Below, in pieces: positions 49,615 through 60,521 of a stretch of DNA of 64,000 bases. The position numbers and the translations under genes are program-made. The notes beneath the pieces were generated by a model. It saw only the letters and a program-made list of their open reading frames with translations. It was not told where the DNA came from and did no database searches. Source of the DNA: an uncultured Bacilli bacterium (GTDB taxonomy: Bacteria > Bacillota_I > Bacilli_A > RF39 > UBA660); contig CANQQV010000002.1 in NCBI GenBank assembly GCA_947626095.1, forward strand, positions 1-64,000, read 5' to 3'. The number at the start of each line of letters is the position of its first letter. Position 1 is the stretch's first letter.

Positions 49615-51282
49615 TTATTCGCTGTATTCAGTACCATACATATCAATATCAGTTATTTTAGTTGGTTCATAAACAGTTCCAGTAAACCAAATTTCACCAG
49701 TCTTTTTATCTCTTACTAAGAACATAAATGGTTGATTAAAAGTTAAATCAATATTTTCAATTGGAACTTTATATAAATAATCAAAATAACAATCAGCAGC
49801 ACCTTTACCACCGACCATTGTAGCAGCGGCAGCTTTAATACCATCATTAGAGAATTCAATATTAGCTTTATGAATAGCAGTATCAATGTAAGTTCCTTTT
49901 GATGAAGTAAGTTTTGATAAATCAGCTTTACTACGATCAAAGGCATCAGTAATACCCATTTTCTTTAAATCGTTTAATAAAGCTAATTCATATTCAAGAT
50001 TAAAGACAGGAATATTACCAGTAATATTACTTATTTTACCATCAGTATAACTTTCAATTTTAGATGCATCTTTTAAATTAGCAATTATTTCATCGATTTT
50101 TTTAGAACTTATATTACTAATGTATTTATCTAATGAATCTTTAATTGGCATTATTCCAACATATTCTAAAGTAGTACCATCATACTCTTTTAAATCTTTA
50201 GCAAATACTTTAATACTATCATCAACATAGAAATAGAAGTCAGTAGAACTACTTACTTGGCCATAACTAGTACTTACTTCTTTAATATATTGATTAACAT
50301 AACTATCGATTGGTTCATAATCATAAGAACTACCACATTCTTTATCATTATAGAATTTACCATATTCTTTAGTTATATTATCTCTGATACTCTTTTCTGT
50401 TAAATCTTTAATAATATCATAACGGTTGGCAGCAGAAGCAATTTCAACAGATTTAACATCATAATCAACATTAGAGAATTTTAATGGTGTATAACCCATT
50501 TCATTATTTAAAGCTGTAACGCCAGTATAAAAATCTTCGTGTGGATAATGAACATCATAATCTTCAGTTTCACTTTGGATCTTATTAACCCATTCCATAT
50601 CAATGGCTAAAGCATTAATTAAAACAAAATCTTTATCACTGATATTATCAACTAAGTTAGGTATTAAATTAAAAGTATTATCACTAACCCATTTATTAAC
50701 ATTAGTTGGACTAGTAAATGGATCATAGAATACTTGAGCATTAAATTTATCTTCTAAAGTAGTGGTATAAGCAGCTTCTATATCATTTTTATATGATTCA
50801 CGAATGAACATAGCATTAGCTAAGGACATATTTTTACTATTAATATATTTAGTATTTTTATAATCTCCTATTACAGCGCTAATTTGAGCTTTGGTTTCAC
50901 CATCAGTTCCTTCATTTAGCATAGCTAGCGCATACTTAATAGATAAAGGACTATAAACTTTATTTTTTAAAGTATTTTCTTCTCTTAAGAAAAATAAGTC
51001 AAAATCAGATAAACTATTACCACTCATTTTATATTCTGAATTAATAACGATGTTCTCTTCATTTGAATCATCTTTCTTTTCATCTTTTTCTTGGCTATTA
51101 AACATTGAGATAGCTCCAACAGAAATAATACCAACGGCTACAACAACAACGAGAAGGCCGATGATTATAGCAATTTTATTTTTCTTTTTTTCAGGTACAG
51201 CAGGAGTTTGAACACTATTATCTTGTGATTGAACTTCAACTTGGCCTTGATTTTCTTCTAGATTTTTATTTTCTTCTTTCAT
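49615..51282 (-). CDS. Membrane-anchored serpin (serine protease inhibitor family)
   Basis: SPLSI..AL.ML..G..GET, LINAL, IHKANIEFSNDGIKAAAAT hinge and FNQPFMFLVRD..GEIWFTG; N-terminal TM segment. Confidence 0.9.
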   Translation of the reverse strand: MKEENKNLEENQGQVEVQSQDNSVQTPAVPEKKKNKIAIIIGLLVVVVAVGIISVGAISMFNSQEKDEKKDDSNEENIVINSEYKMSGNSLSDFDLFFLREENTLKNKVYSPLSIKYALAMLNEGTDGETKAQISAVIGDYKNTKYINSKNMSLANAMFIRESYKNDIEAAYTTTLEDKFNAQVFYDPFTSPTNVNKWVSDNTFNLIPNLVDNISDKDFVLINALAIDMEWVNKIQSETEDYDVHYPHEDFYTGVTALNNEMGYTPLKFSNVDYDVKSVEIASAANRYDIIKDLTEKSIRDNITKEYGKFYNDKECGSSYDYEPIDSYVNQYIKEVSTSYGQVSSSTDFYFYVDDSIKVFAKDLKEYDGTTLEYVGIMPIKDSLDKYISNISSKKIDEIIANLKDASKIESYTDGKISNITGNIPVFNLEYELALLNDLKKMGITDAFDRSKADLSKLTSSKGTYIDTAIHKANIEFSNDGIKAAAATMVGGKGAADCYFDYLYKVPIENIDLTFNQPFMFLVRDKKTGEIWFTGTVYEPTKITDIDMYGTEYSE

Positions 51283-51378
51283 AACACACCTCTTTACTAT
51301 TTATAGTTTAACACTTTGAAATATGAATTACAATATTGCAAATATTAAGTATTAAAAAAAGTGATTTTGGAATAAAAA

Positions 51379-54300
51379 TCACTTCTTAGATTTTTTGATA
51401 AAGAATCGATCAAATGCTGAAATAATAGCTGGTAAAAGTAAAAGTATTAAGACAGCAGAACAGAACGAACCCATCGAAATAGATAGACATATTTTAGCCG
51501 TAATAGCTTCAGATAAACCACCGACGATTAAGGTTGATAAAACTAAGATTGAAGCACTAGTTAAAATAGTATGAATTGAATGGTTGTAAGCATTAATTAT
51601 CGAAGTTACAATATCATTTTTATGGCGTTCTTCTAAGTAGTATGAAGTATAAACAATGGCATAATCAATGGTCGCACCCATTAAGATACTTTGAACTATG
51701 AGGATTGAGATAAAGTATACGTCACCAGTAAATGTTAAGATACCCATCGTTAAGAAGATAGCACATTGAATAATTAAGACTAAGGTTATTGGAATTAAAA
51801 CGGATTTAAAGGTAACAGCGACAACAACAAAGATAAAGACAATTGTTAAAACTGTTATTAAGTTTAATTCACCTTGGAAAGTATTACTCATTTCATGAGC
51901 CATTGCTGAATCGCCAACAACATAAGCTTCTTTAGTATCTTTAAGTTCTTCTTTTAAGTTGTCAATAAAGTTAAAAGTATCTTCACCTTCAGGAGCATAT
52001 GTTGTATTTAATACCATACGGGAATAATCTTTACTTACTAATAATTCTTTAGCATCAGTAACAAACTCTTTAGCGTCAGTTATTTCATCTTTTCGTTCAG
52101 CAGAAATAAAATCAGCGAATCGTTCATCATTTAAAATATTATCATTTAAGTAGTTAACAAATTCTTCAATAGTTAAAGTATATTCATTATTAAATTCGTT
52201 TTCACTACCATAATAGATATAAATTAAATCAAATAGATTTTTATCTAAGTTATTAGCTAAAGCAGATAATGCTTTGTATATTTCATCTTTATTATACTTT
52301 TTATTATTTACAGTATTATTAATAATAGTATTTAATGCTTTTAATTTAGTTTTATTATCTTTAGTAAATGATGAACTATAATTTTTATCATTCATTAAAG
52401 TACCAGTCAAAATTTTAACAAATTCTCGAGAAGACATATTGATTTTTACTTTATTTATTTGAACATCATATAAAGAATATATTAAATTTAAATTATCATT
52501 CTTAAGACCAAGTAATTCTTTTAATTCTTGATAAGTATATTTAGTATTATTTAAAGTACTATTAATTATTGTTTTAAGAAGGGTTAACTCGCTAATAGTA
52601 TTTTCATCAATTTGACCTTGTAAAGCACTATCATCTTGGTGTTTTAAAATAAAGTTTATAAATTCTAATGGCGTTAAAGAAACAGTATTATTAAAGTATA
52701 AAGCATAAATACCTTTAGTTGTTGATGAACTTATACCAAGTAAACTAGCTATTTCAGAATAGGAATATGTTGTGTTGTTTAAGGCGCTATCCATAATGGT
52801 TTTGGCAAGAGTAAGTTTGGCACTCTGTTCAGGAGTTAATGGTAATGTGTTAGCAGAGTTCATATATGAAATAAGCTTTATTATGTTATATGGTGTTATT
52901 GGCTGATTAGTCATTTCTGGCGGTAATTTTACAACATAATTTAACATACTAAGTCCATATTCTTTTATATTATTAGCAATATTTTCCTTTTGCATTAAGC
53001 CACCGCTCATTTTAGAAGCTATATCAAGTAACTCATCATTTGTCATTCCAGTTAATGAATTAATAAATGCAAGAGCTTCTTCATCAGTCATTTCTTTAGT
53101 AATATACGTTTTATCTGTTAAGGTATTTAATAAAGCTAATTGGTTTTTATCAATCATGTTACTGTATGATGGGTCATTAATTAAGTAGTTATTAACATAG
53201 GAAGTGAAAGTACTTAAAGTCATTTCATTAGGTATATCACTATTTAATAAATAGTAAGTATATAAATCTAAAGTTGTACTTGAATCTAAGTTAAATAAGT
53301 TAGCCATTTCATAACTAGATAGTTTTTTATTAACAGTATTTCTATTATTAAATTTAGAAATCATATCAAGATTATCTTTAGTAGTTTGATCAATAGATTT
53401 AGAATACTTAGGATCTTTTAAGACATAATCATTCATGAAATTTATAAATTCGTTTAAAGTCATTTTAGTGTTAATATTTTGGGCATGGTAATAAATGAAG
53501 ATATCATTAACTAAGTCTTTATCTAAAGATAGAAGTTCAGCTATTTCAGAAGCAGTTTTCTTTTGATTGACGTTTTTAGCTGTACTAAAGTTACTTAGAC
53601 GATCGATGTCTTTACGCATAGTTGATGTAATATTATCTTGTAATTCGTCATTATTATAAACAGTTGTTTTAATAAAGTTAATAAATTCATTTAAAGTCAT
53701 TTTATTGTTTTCTTCTGGATTATAGTAATGATAATAAATAATCTTTAGAAGATAGTCCTCTACTTCACTATCAGAACCTAGTTCATCTAATTTAGCATTA
53801 AACTTATCATAAGTTTCTGGTTCATTAATTGTGTTACTATAACATAGAACATCTTTTAGTTTATCATTATTACTTAAATTATGGCATAGTTTAGCAATTT
53901 TTTCTTCATCTTCGTTATTATAAACGACAGCCATTTGATTATTTAGTGAGAATACTTTTTCAATTTCATCAGTACCCTCTTGGGTATAAACAATGTTCAT
54001 ATTACCTTTAAAGATATAACTAAGAATAAAGATTAGAAGGAAGATACCAATAGCAACATATCTTAATTTATATGATATTTTACCGACAAGATTTAGTTTA
54101 ATAATAGGACTTTTCTTTTTTAATTTAAAGATTAATTTATCAAATAAAATAATTAAACCTGGTAAACAAGTAAAGATACTTAATAAACTTAAAACGACAC
54201 CTTTAGCTAAGGCAAAGCCTAAATCTTTACCAATTGTAAAGCTCATAAAGACTAAAGCAAGTAAACCGACAATGGTTGTTAAGGAACTACTAGAGATGGA

Positions 54301-55047
54301 ACTAAAGGCATGGTATAAAGCTTTTTTCATAGCTTTTACTTTATCTTTTTCCGTTTCACGTTCAAGACGATAACGATTCATTAACATAATAGAATAATCC
54401 ATAGATAAAGCCATTTGTAAGATTGCTACAATAGAATTAGTAATATTAGAAACAGTTGGGAAGATAATATTAGTTCCTTTGTTAATAATAACAGCTATTA
54501 AAATAGTAAAAAGAAATAAGAATGGTTCAATATATGATTCACTCATGATAATTAGGATAACTAAAGCACTTAAGACAGCTAAAACAATAACATAAAATGG
54601 TAAAACATCTTTATTACGAGAGGTAACATCACCAGAAGTAGCTTCTAAAGTATCTTCATATTTAGTAGTTACTTCATCATAGATATTAGCAGCAACTTTA
54701 GAATCAGCTTTATCATCAACACTTATAATATATAATGTATATTCATCTTTAGTTTCAATTTCGACATCTGAAACACCAGTAAGATTATTTAAATACTTTT
54801 CCGTTTCTTTTTGTTCTTCTTCGTTTAAATCTTTAAACATAATATTTAAAGTACTGGTTTCGGTATCGAAGTTTTTATTCATGATATTTAGACCTTGTTT
54901 AGTTTCAGAAGATTTAGGTAAGTATTCAGTCATATCATAGTTTATTTTTACTTTATTAGATAAGTAAAAAGATATACCTGTTAAAATAAGAAATATTATT
55001 AATAAGACATAACGAAATTTAACAATTAAATCAGTTATTTTTTTCAT
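51379..55047 (-). CDS. MMPL/RND family transporter with a large repetitive extracellular loop
   Basis: Two TM bundles with MDYSI and GATIDYAI motifs. Confidence 0.85.
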   Translation of the reverse strand: MKKITDLIVKFRYVLLIIFLILTGISFYLSNKVKINYDMTEYLPKSSETKQGLNIMNKNFDTETSTLNIMFKDLNEEEQKETEKYLNNLTGVSDVEIETKDEYTLYIISVDDKADSKVAANIYDEVTTKYEDTLEATSGDVTSRNKDVLPFYVIVLAVLSALVILIIMSESYIEPFLFLFTILIAVIINKGTNIIFPTVSNITNSIVAILQMALSMDYSIMLMNRYRLERETEKDKVKAMKKALYHAFSSISSSSLTTIVGLLALVFMSFTIGKDLGFALAKGVVLSLLSIFTCLPGLIILFDKLIFKLKKKSPIIKLNLVGKISYKLRYVAIGIFLLIFILSYIFKGNMNIVYTQEGTDEIEKVFSLNNQMAVVYNNEDEEKIAKLCHNLSNNDKLKDVLCYSNTINEPETYDKFNAKLDELGSDSEVEDYLLKIIYYHYYNPEENNKMTLNEFINFIKTTVYNNDELQDNITSTMRKDIDRLSNFSTAKNVNQKKTASEIAELLSLDKDLVNDIFIYYHAQNINTKMTLNEFINFMNDYVLKDPKYSKSIDQTTKDNLDMISKFNNRNTVNKKLSSYEMANLFNLDSSTTLDLYTYYLLNSDIPNEMTLSTFTSYVNNYLINDPSYSNMIDKNQLALLNTLTDKTYITKEMTDEEALAFINSLTGMTNDELLDIASKMSGGLMQKENIANNIKEYGLSMLNYVVKLPPEMTNQPITPYNIIKLISYMNSANTLPLTPEQSAKLTLAKTIMDSALNNTTYSYSEIASLLGISSSTTKGIYALYFNNTVSLTPLEFINFILKHQDDSALQGQIDENTISELTLLKTIINSTLNNTKYTYQELKELLGLKNDNLNLIYSLYDVQINKVKINMSSREFVKILTGTLMNDKNYSSSFTKDNKTKLKALNTIINNTVNNKKYNKDEIYKALSALANNLDKNLFDLIYIYYGSENEFNNEYTLTIEEFVNYLNDNILNDERFADFISAERKDEITDAKEFVTDAKELLVSKDYSRMVLNTTYAPEGEDTFNFIDNLKEELKDTKEAYVVGDSAMAHEMSNTFQGELNLITVLTIVFIFVVVAVTFKSVLIPITLVLIIQCAIFLTMGILTFTGDVYFISILIVQSILMGATIDYAIVYTSYYLEERHKNDIVTSIINAYNHSIHTILTSASILVLSTLIVGGLSEAITAKICLSISMGSFCSAVLILLLLPAIISAFDRFFIKKSKK

Positions 55048-55168
55048 TTAAAGTCCCCCTCTTGTCTATATATTAATTATATTAAATTTAACTTTAGGCA
55101 ATGCTACAATAATAGCACTTTTTAGGGTTTTATGCAAATTTAAAAAGGACTTATAAGTCCTTTAGTTT

Positions 55169-55885
55169 TTATGATTGACGATTAAAGAATTTTTCAAATG
55201 TTTTTTCTTCGTCAGCTAAGATTTCAGTAGTTAATTCATCACGAGATCCTTTTTGTTTATCTGATTGACCTTCAACCATTTCCATAGCTTTACCATCTTC
55301 AACATAGATAAAATTTGGTAAGAAGATTCGCTTTTCCCCGACTTTAACTTTTTTACCTTTTTTAGTAGTTAAAGTATAGTTACTTAAGACTTTATCAAAG
55401 GCTTTTAATAAGTCTGCATAACCAGCGCCACCTTCACTTTTTAATACTGGTTTATTTTTATCATTTAATTCATATGTATCTCGTAAAGATTCAACGTGAT
55501 CATCACTCCAAGCATCAACATAATATATTTTTTCAATATCATATTTATTGGCTACTTCTAAAGCTTTTTCAATAACACTACGACACCATGGGCAATAACG
55601 AGAACCAAAGTATACATAGAATGTTTCTTTATTTTCAATCATTTTAACAATATCAGGAGCGGTAACATATTCAATTGGATTATCTTTAGGGATAGTTATA
55701 GTACGATGTTCTTGACCAGAACTATTTTTTTCACCATTTAATGCTTCATACTCTTCTTTAAATTGTTCAGCATCAGTTTGAACTGTATATTCAATAGTGC
55801 CTTTCTCTTCTTCTTTTTTAGTACAACTAACAGTTATTGTTAGGATTAAACCAATTATTAATAATAAACTTAATATTTTTTTCAT
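55169..55885 (-). CDS. Thioredoxin-fold lipoprotein
   Basis: Lipobox-like TVSC and a CPWC motif. Confidence 0.7.
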   Translation of the reverse strand: MKKILSLLLIIGLILTITVSCTKKEEEKGTIEYTVQTDAEQFKEEYEALNGEKNSSGQEHRTITIPKDNPIEYVTAPDIVKMIENKETFYVYFGSRYCPWCRSVIEKALEVANKYDIEKIYYVDAWSDDHVESLRDTYELNDKNKPVLKSEGGAGYADLLKAFDKVLSNYTLTTKKGKKVKVGEKRIFLPNFIYVEDGKAMEMVEGQSDKQKGSRDELTTEILADEEKTFEKFFNRQS

Positions 55886-55939
55886 AAATTACACCAACCT
55901 ATTTATCATTATACCTTAAATTAATATTTTGTAAATTAA

Positions 55940-56488
55940 TTATTCTTTATAGCGATAATCATAGATAAAACAAATAAGAGAAAAAATTAGTAAAATTATG
56001 ATACATATAATATTAGAAAAATTAAAGGTATTGGTTGATAATATTAAAGTTATAGCTGTATTAATTGCTAAAGAAAAAATAGCAGTAATTAATAATTCAA
56101 CAGCAGCACCTTTAAAGCCTTTATTTCTTAATTTTTGATAAACAAAAAAAGTACACCAAAGGTAAATTAAAGTTATGAGTGATGAAATACTACCAATTTT
56201 AAAAATATTAAAATTAGTAAGAAGTAAATTTAAAATAAAAAAGTATGGAATAATAAAAATAGTTAAACATATTAAACTACTAAGAAGTTTTTTCTTTTTA
56301 GGTAAGATAAGAGATGGAAGAATGATAAAATAACAAAGTAAAATACTAAATAAAACGATTAATGACCATGATAAAGTATGATTAATAAGAAAATTACATA
56401 TTAAACAAATGATAATAGTTAAAAATGAGATAGAAGAAAAAATAATTGTTATTAATTTGTTATTAATCTTTAATTTCATAAGACTCAC
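55940..56488 (-). CDS. Hypothetical polytopic membrane protein
   Basis: About 6 TM segments. Confidence 0.6.
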   Translation of the reverse strand: MSLMKLKINNKLITIIFSSISFLTIIICLICNFLINHTLSWSLIVLFSILLCYFIILPSLILPKKKKLLSSLICLTIFIIPYFFILNLLLTNFNIFKIGSISSLITLIYLWCTFFVYQKLRNKGFKGAAVELLITAIFSLAINTAITLILSTNTFNFSNIICIIILLIFSLICFIYDYRYKE

Positions 56489-57025
56489 CTACTTTAATAA
56501 GTTATTAATATCTGTAAAAAGGTAAACGTTTTCTGGTATTTCTTGGTTACCAGTTTTTCGTAAATAAGTATCGATTAATCTACCACCCATATGAAGATAA
56601 AAGTTATTAGATGGATTAGGTTTTAAACAACCAATAACCATGTCTTTAAAGCCCATTTTATTTAATTCTTTAACATTGTTTAGAAAGAGTATTTTACCAT
56701 ACCCTTCTCCTTTTACTTTATTAAGTAAATAGATAGAATATATTTCACCAGTATTAGGATGTTTAGGGTCATTAGATATCCCACATGATGTCATACCTAC
56801 TGGTTCATTATTAACAAGTAATAAAAATTTCTTTTCTTGTTCTTCTGTTTTTTTCTCAAGAAACTTAGTTTGTTGACGACTTATGTATTTCTCACGATTA
56901 GTATCGATATCATTTAAGAATTCTTGATCAACAATACCGGGATAAGTCTCTAACCAAGAGTCAATATTAACATTCATATAAGCTCTAATATCTTCATAAG
57001 TTATTTCTTTAATTTGGTAATTCAT
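56489..57025 (-). CDS. GNAT family acetyltransferase
   Basis: GEIYSIYL..KGEGYGK and N.FY..MGG motifs. Confidence 0.85.
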   Translation of the reverse strand: MNYQIKEITYEDIRAYMNVNIDSWLETYPGIVDQEFLNDIDTNREKYISRQQTKFLEKKTEEQEKKFLLLVNNEPVGMTSCGISNDPKHPNTGEIYSIYLLNKVKGEGYGKILFLNNVKELNKMGFKDMVIGCLKPNPSNNFYLHMGGRLIDTYLRKTGNQEIPENVYLFTDINNLLK

Positions 57026-57069
57026 AATAACACTTCCTTATTTTAAAAAAGTAAATCTGCTGATTTACT

Positions 57070-57738
57070 TTAGATAACATATAATAAAATGGCAAAGAAT
57101 TGGAAAATACTACCACCTAGAACAAAGAAATGCCAGATAGAATGCATGTATTTTACTTTACTACCAATTAGATAAAGGATAGCGCCAATGGTATAGATGA
57201 TACCACCAGTTAGTAATAAAATTAAACCAGGAGTTGCTAAATTAGCAATTAATGGTTTTAAAGAGAATAAAGCCATCCAACCCATTATAAGGTATAAAGG
57301 AAAGGCGATATAACGAAATTTTTCTAAAACAATACTATTACCAATAATACCAATAAGAGCACATAACCACATAATTATTAACATAATAGTTCCTTTTAAA
57401 CCACCGATTACTAATAATAAAAATGGTGTATAACTACCAGCTATTAGAAGGAAGATGCTACAATGATCAAAAATACGAAAAATTTTTTTAGCTTTATTTG
57501 GTTTAAAGCTATGATATAAGCAACTCATTAAATATAAAATAATTAAACTAACACCATAAATACAACTTGATACAATGGCTACAGGATTATGATGAAGACT
57601 TGAAAAAACGACACATAAAACTAAGGCAGCTATGGAAAGTAAAGCGCCTATGCCATGTGATATCGCACTAATTAATTCTTCACTTAAAGAATATTTAGGA
57701 AGCGTTATTTTTTCTTTTCTTTTATTTTTGGTTTTCAT
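57070..57738 (-). CDS. Hemolysin III / PAQR family membrane protein
   Basis: SHGIG, DHCSIFLLIAGSYTP and HSIWHFFVL. Confidence 0.9.
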   Translation of the reverse strand: MKTKNKRKEKITLPKYSLSEELISAISHGIGALLSIAALVLCVVFSSLHHNPVAIVSSCIYGVSLIILYLMSCLYHSFKPNKAKKIFRIFDHCSIFLLIAGSYTPFLLLVIGGLKGTIMLIIMWLCALIGIIGNSIVLEKFRYIAFPLYLIMGWMALFSLKPLIANLATPGLILLLTGGIIYTIGAILYLIGSKVKYMHSIWHFFVLGGSIFQFFAILLYVI

Positions 57739-57797
57739 TTAATCACCTATTTGTATTATATAATAAAAAAATATATTATGCTAGGCACAATATATTC

Positions 57798-58190
57798 CTA
57801 AAATTTATAAGTTATTGGTTCATGTTCAAAAGAATAAATAGTAGCAGTTACATCTTTTAGATATAAAACTTCAGTATTATCATCAGTAGCACTATACATA
57901 TCTTTCAAGTCAGGATAGTTATTAAGCATGGCTTCTTTAGCTTCGACTCGATCATCTCTTACTACTTCTCCAGATACACGAAGCCATTCACCATATTTAA
58001 AGGCACATAGTTCAACATGAGGATTCTTTTGCATTTGTTTTGAAACGTCTTTAACTTTACCAGTTTGAATATAAAGTTTATCTTCAAATAAGTTAATCGT
58101 ACCAAATGGTCTTACACGTGGTTGATTGTTATCAACAGTGGCTAAAAAGTACATACCACATTCTTTTAAAAAATCATAAGTTTCTTTCAT
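57798..58190 (-). CDS. Pyridoxamine 5'-phosphate oxidase-like FMN-binding protein
   Basis: FLATVD..QPRVRPFG and NPHVE. Confidence 0.8.
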   Translation of the reverse strand: MKETYDFLKECGMYFLATVDNNQPRVRPFGTINLFEDKLYIQTGKVKDVSKQMQKNPHVELCAFKYGEWLRVSGEVVRDDRVEAKEAMLNNYPDLKDMYSATDDNTEVLYLKDVTATIYSFEHEPITYKF

Positions 58191-58202
58191 ATCATCATTC
58201 CT

Positions 58203-58622
58203 TTACTTTTTATATTTTTTTAATATTTCTTTAGCAAATTTTTGGGCGTTATTTAAATCATCTTCATTTGGTCGTCCTTTGTGAACTGGACCAAATGAAC
58301 CACGACAATAAAATTCTTCTTTAGCTAAAGGAATATTTTTTTTATCTAATAATTTTTTTACTTGTTTATAAGTAGAATTAATTAAAGCAGCTGTACTAAA
58401 ATTAATAACTATTCCTACTTTAACATCAATATCATTAATAAATTTTTTAATATCATCATCAACGCCATAAGCATAAACAGAACTACCTAGAAATAAAATA
58501 TCAACATCTTCTTCTAATTTATGAGATGTGTCTTGAGCTTCAATTTTTAATTCTTTACCAATAGCGTCAGCTAGTTTTTTAGTATTTCCAGAACGAGTAT
58601 AATATCTTATTGCTATTTTCAT
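58203..58622 (-). CDS. Flavodoxin-like protein
   Basis: YYTRSGNTKKLA FMN-binding loop. Confidence 0.85.
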   Translation of the reverse strand: MKIAIRYYTRSGNTKKLADAIGKELKIEAQDTSHKLEEDVDILFLGSSVYAYGVDDDIKKFINDIDVKVGIVINFSTAALINSTYKQVKKLLDKKNIPLAKEEFYCRGSFGPVHKGRPNEDDLNNAQKFAKEILKKYKK

Positions 58623-58626
58623 TATT

Positions 58627-59502
58627 TCACTCCATTTCTTTAATAGCTATTGTAGCCGCTAGGCTACCATCACTTACAGCGGTAGTTAATTGTCTTAGTT
58701 CTTTTACTCTAACATCCCCAGCTACATATATACCTTTGGTTTTAGTATGAACACCATCTAAAGATATTATATAACCATTTTCATCTAAGTCAACGACATT
58801 AGAAAATGCTTCTGTTTGGGGTTCACCACCAATAGCAATAAATAAACCTTGAACTGATATTTTTTCATTATTTGTTGTAATACTTTCTAATTTATCTGTG
58901 CCATTTAAAGCTTTAATCGTCGCATTTAAGACAAGTTTAACATTAGGTTTATTTTTTAGTTCTTCGACATATTTAGCTTCACCTCTAAATTCATCACGAC
59001 GATGAATTAAATAAACTGTATGCGCGAGATTAGCTAAATAAAGGGCATCTTCTAAAGCAGTATTACCTCCGCCGATGACAGCTACATCTTTACCTTTAAA
59101 GAAGTTACCATCACAAGTAGCACAATAAGAAACTCCTTTACCTGTTAATTCTTCTTCATTTGGTAGATTTAATTTTTTTCTATTAGTTCCAGTGGCAATT
59201 ATAATAGATTTAACTTGATAAGTGTTTTTAGAAGTTGTTACTTCCCTATCACTAGTAATATGAGTGACTGGTTCATAAAGTATTTCGCCACCTAAATCTT
59301 TAACTTGATTATATAAATTAGTAGCAAAATCAAAACCAGAAATAGATGGAATACCAGGATAGTTTTCAATATTACTAGCATTGATTATTTGGCCACCATA
59401 ACTTTTAGCTTCTAAAATTAAGACTTTTTTATTAGCTCGTAAGGCATATAAAGCACTAGTAAGACCGGCGGGACCGGCACCAATTATTATTAAATCATAC
59501 AT
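58627..59502 (-). CDS. trxB: Thioredoxin-disulfide reductase
   Basis: GAGPAG, CATCD, GGGNTA and AGDV. Confidence 0.93.
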   Translation of the reverse strand: MYDLIIIGAGPAGLTSALYALRANKKVLILEAKSYGGQIINASNIENYPGIPSISGFDFATNLYNQVKDLGGEILYEPVTHITSDREVTTSKNTYQVKSIIIATGTNRKKLNLPNEEELTGKGVSYCATCDGNFFKGKDVAVIGGGNTALEDALYLANLAHTVYLIHRRDEFRGEAKYVEELKNKPNVKLVLNATIKALNGTDKLESITTNNEKISVQGLFIAIGGEPQTEAFSNVVDLDENGYIISLDGVHTKTKGIYVAGDVRVKELRQLTTAVSDGSLAATIAIKEME

Positions 59503-59550
59503 AGTATCACCTTTTTCTAGATATATTAAAAAACTCTTAAATAAGAGTTT

Positions 59551-60426
59551 TTATTTTATTTCAATAAGTTCGTATTCTTTAGTACCAATACCTAATTCAG
59601 CAGCGGCATCAATAGTATGAGTACCATGACGAGAATTGATTCTTTCAAGTAAATGGTCACGGCCAGGATCATCAGAAGCTTTAACTAAATCAATACAAGC
59701 TTGATCAATAGCTACTGGATCAGTTGAAGCTAGAATACCAATATCTTTCATACATGGATCTTCAGCAACATTACAGCAATCACAATCTACTGACATATTA
59801 CACATAATATTTATATAAGCAATGTTATCTTTAAAATGATTAACTACAGATGAGGCAGCATCAGCCATTGATTCTAAGAATTTATCTTGATCTTGATTAA
59901 ACATATCTTCATAAGAACCATTGTTTCCACAACAATGAATAAATCTTTTGCCTTTACTTGAAGCAACACCAATAGATAGTTGTTTTAAAGCGCCACCGAA
60001 GCCACCCATTGGATGACCTTTAAAATGAGATAAAACTAACATTGAATCATAATCGTTAATATTTTTACCTACATAGTTTTTCTTAATAACTTTACCATTA
60101 GGAATTTCTAATTCAATATCACTTTCACTATCCATAATATCAACAGTAAAGTAATTACTCCATTCATGTTCTTTCATTAATTCTAAATGTTTTTCCGTTG
60201 TATCACGAGCACCATCATAAGCTGTATTGCATTCAACAACTGTACCATTTACATGTTCAATCATTGGTTTTAAAAATTCTGGACGAAGATAGTTTTGATT
60301 GCCTCTTTCACCAGAATGAACTTTAACAGCTACTTTACCTGGTAATTTACGACCTAGAGTTTCATACATTTTAATAACACTTTCTGGGGTTAATTCTCTA
60401 GTAAAATATACTTTTGCTTTTTCCAT
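59551..60426 (-). CDS. DUF362 family Fe-S protein
   Basis: KVHSGE, HFKGH.MGGFGGALKQL, CDCC and DPVAIDQA. Confidence 0.8.
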   Translation of the reverse strand: MEKAKVYFTRELTPESVIKMYETLGRKLPGKVAVKVHSGERGNQNYLRPEFLKPMIEHVNGTVVECNTAYDGARDTTEKHLELMKEHEWSNYFTVDIMDSESDIELEIPNGKVIKKNYVGKNINDYDSMLVLSHFKGHPMGGFGGALKQLSIGVASSKGKRFIHCCGNNGSYEDMFNQDQDKFLESMADAASSVVNHFKDNIAYINIMCNMSVDCDCCNVAEDPCMKDIGILASTDPVAIDQACIDLVKASDDPGRDHLLERINSRHGTHTIDAAAELGIGTKEYELIEIK

Positions 60427-60521
60427 TATATCTCTCCTTAATTTATCTATTTATACTATATCTTTTTCGATAAAGATTTGTCAATCAAAAAAAGAAAAAT
60501 ACTTAGGTTATAAGTATTCTT

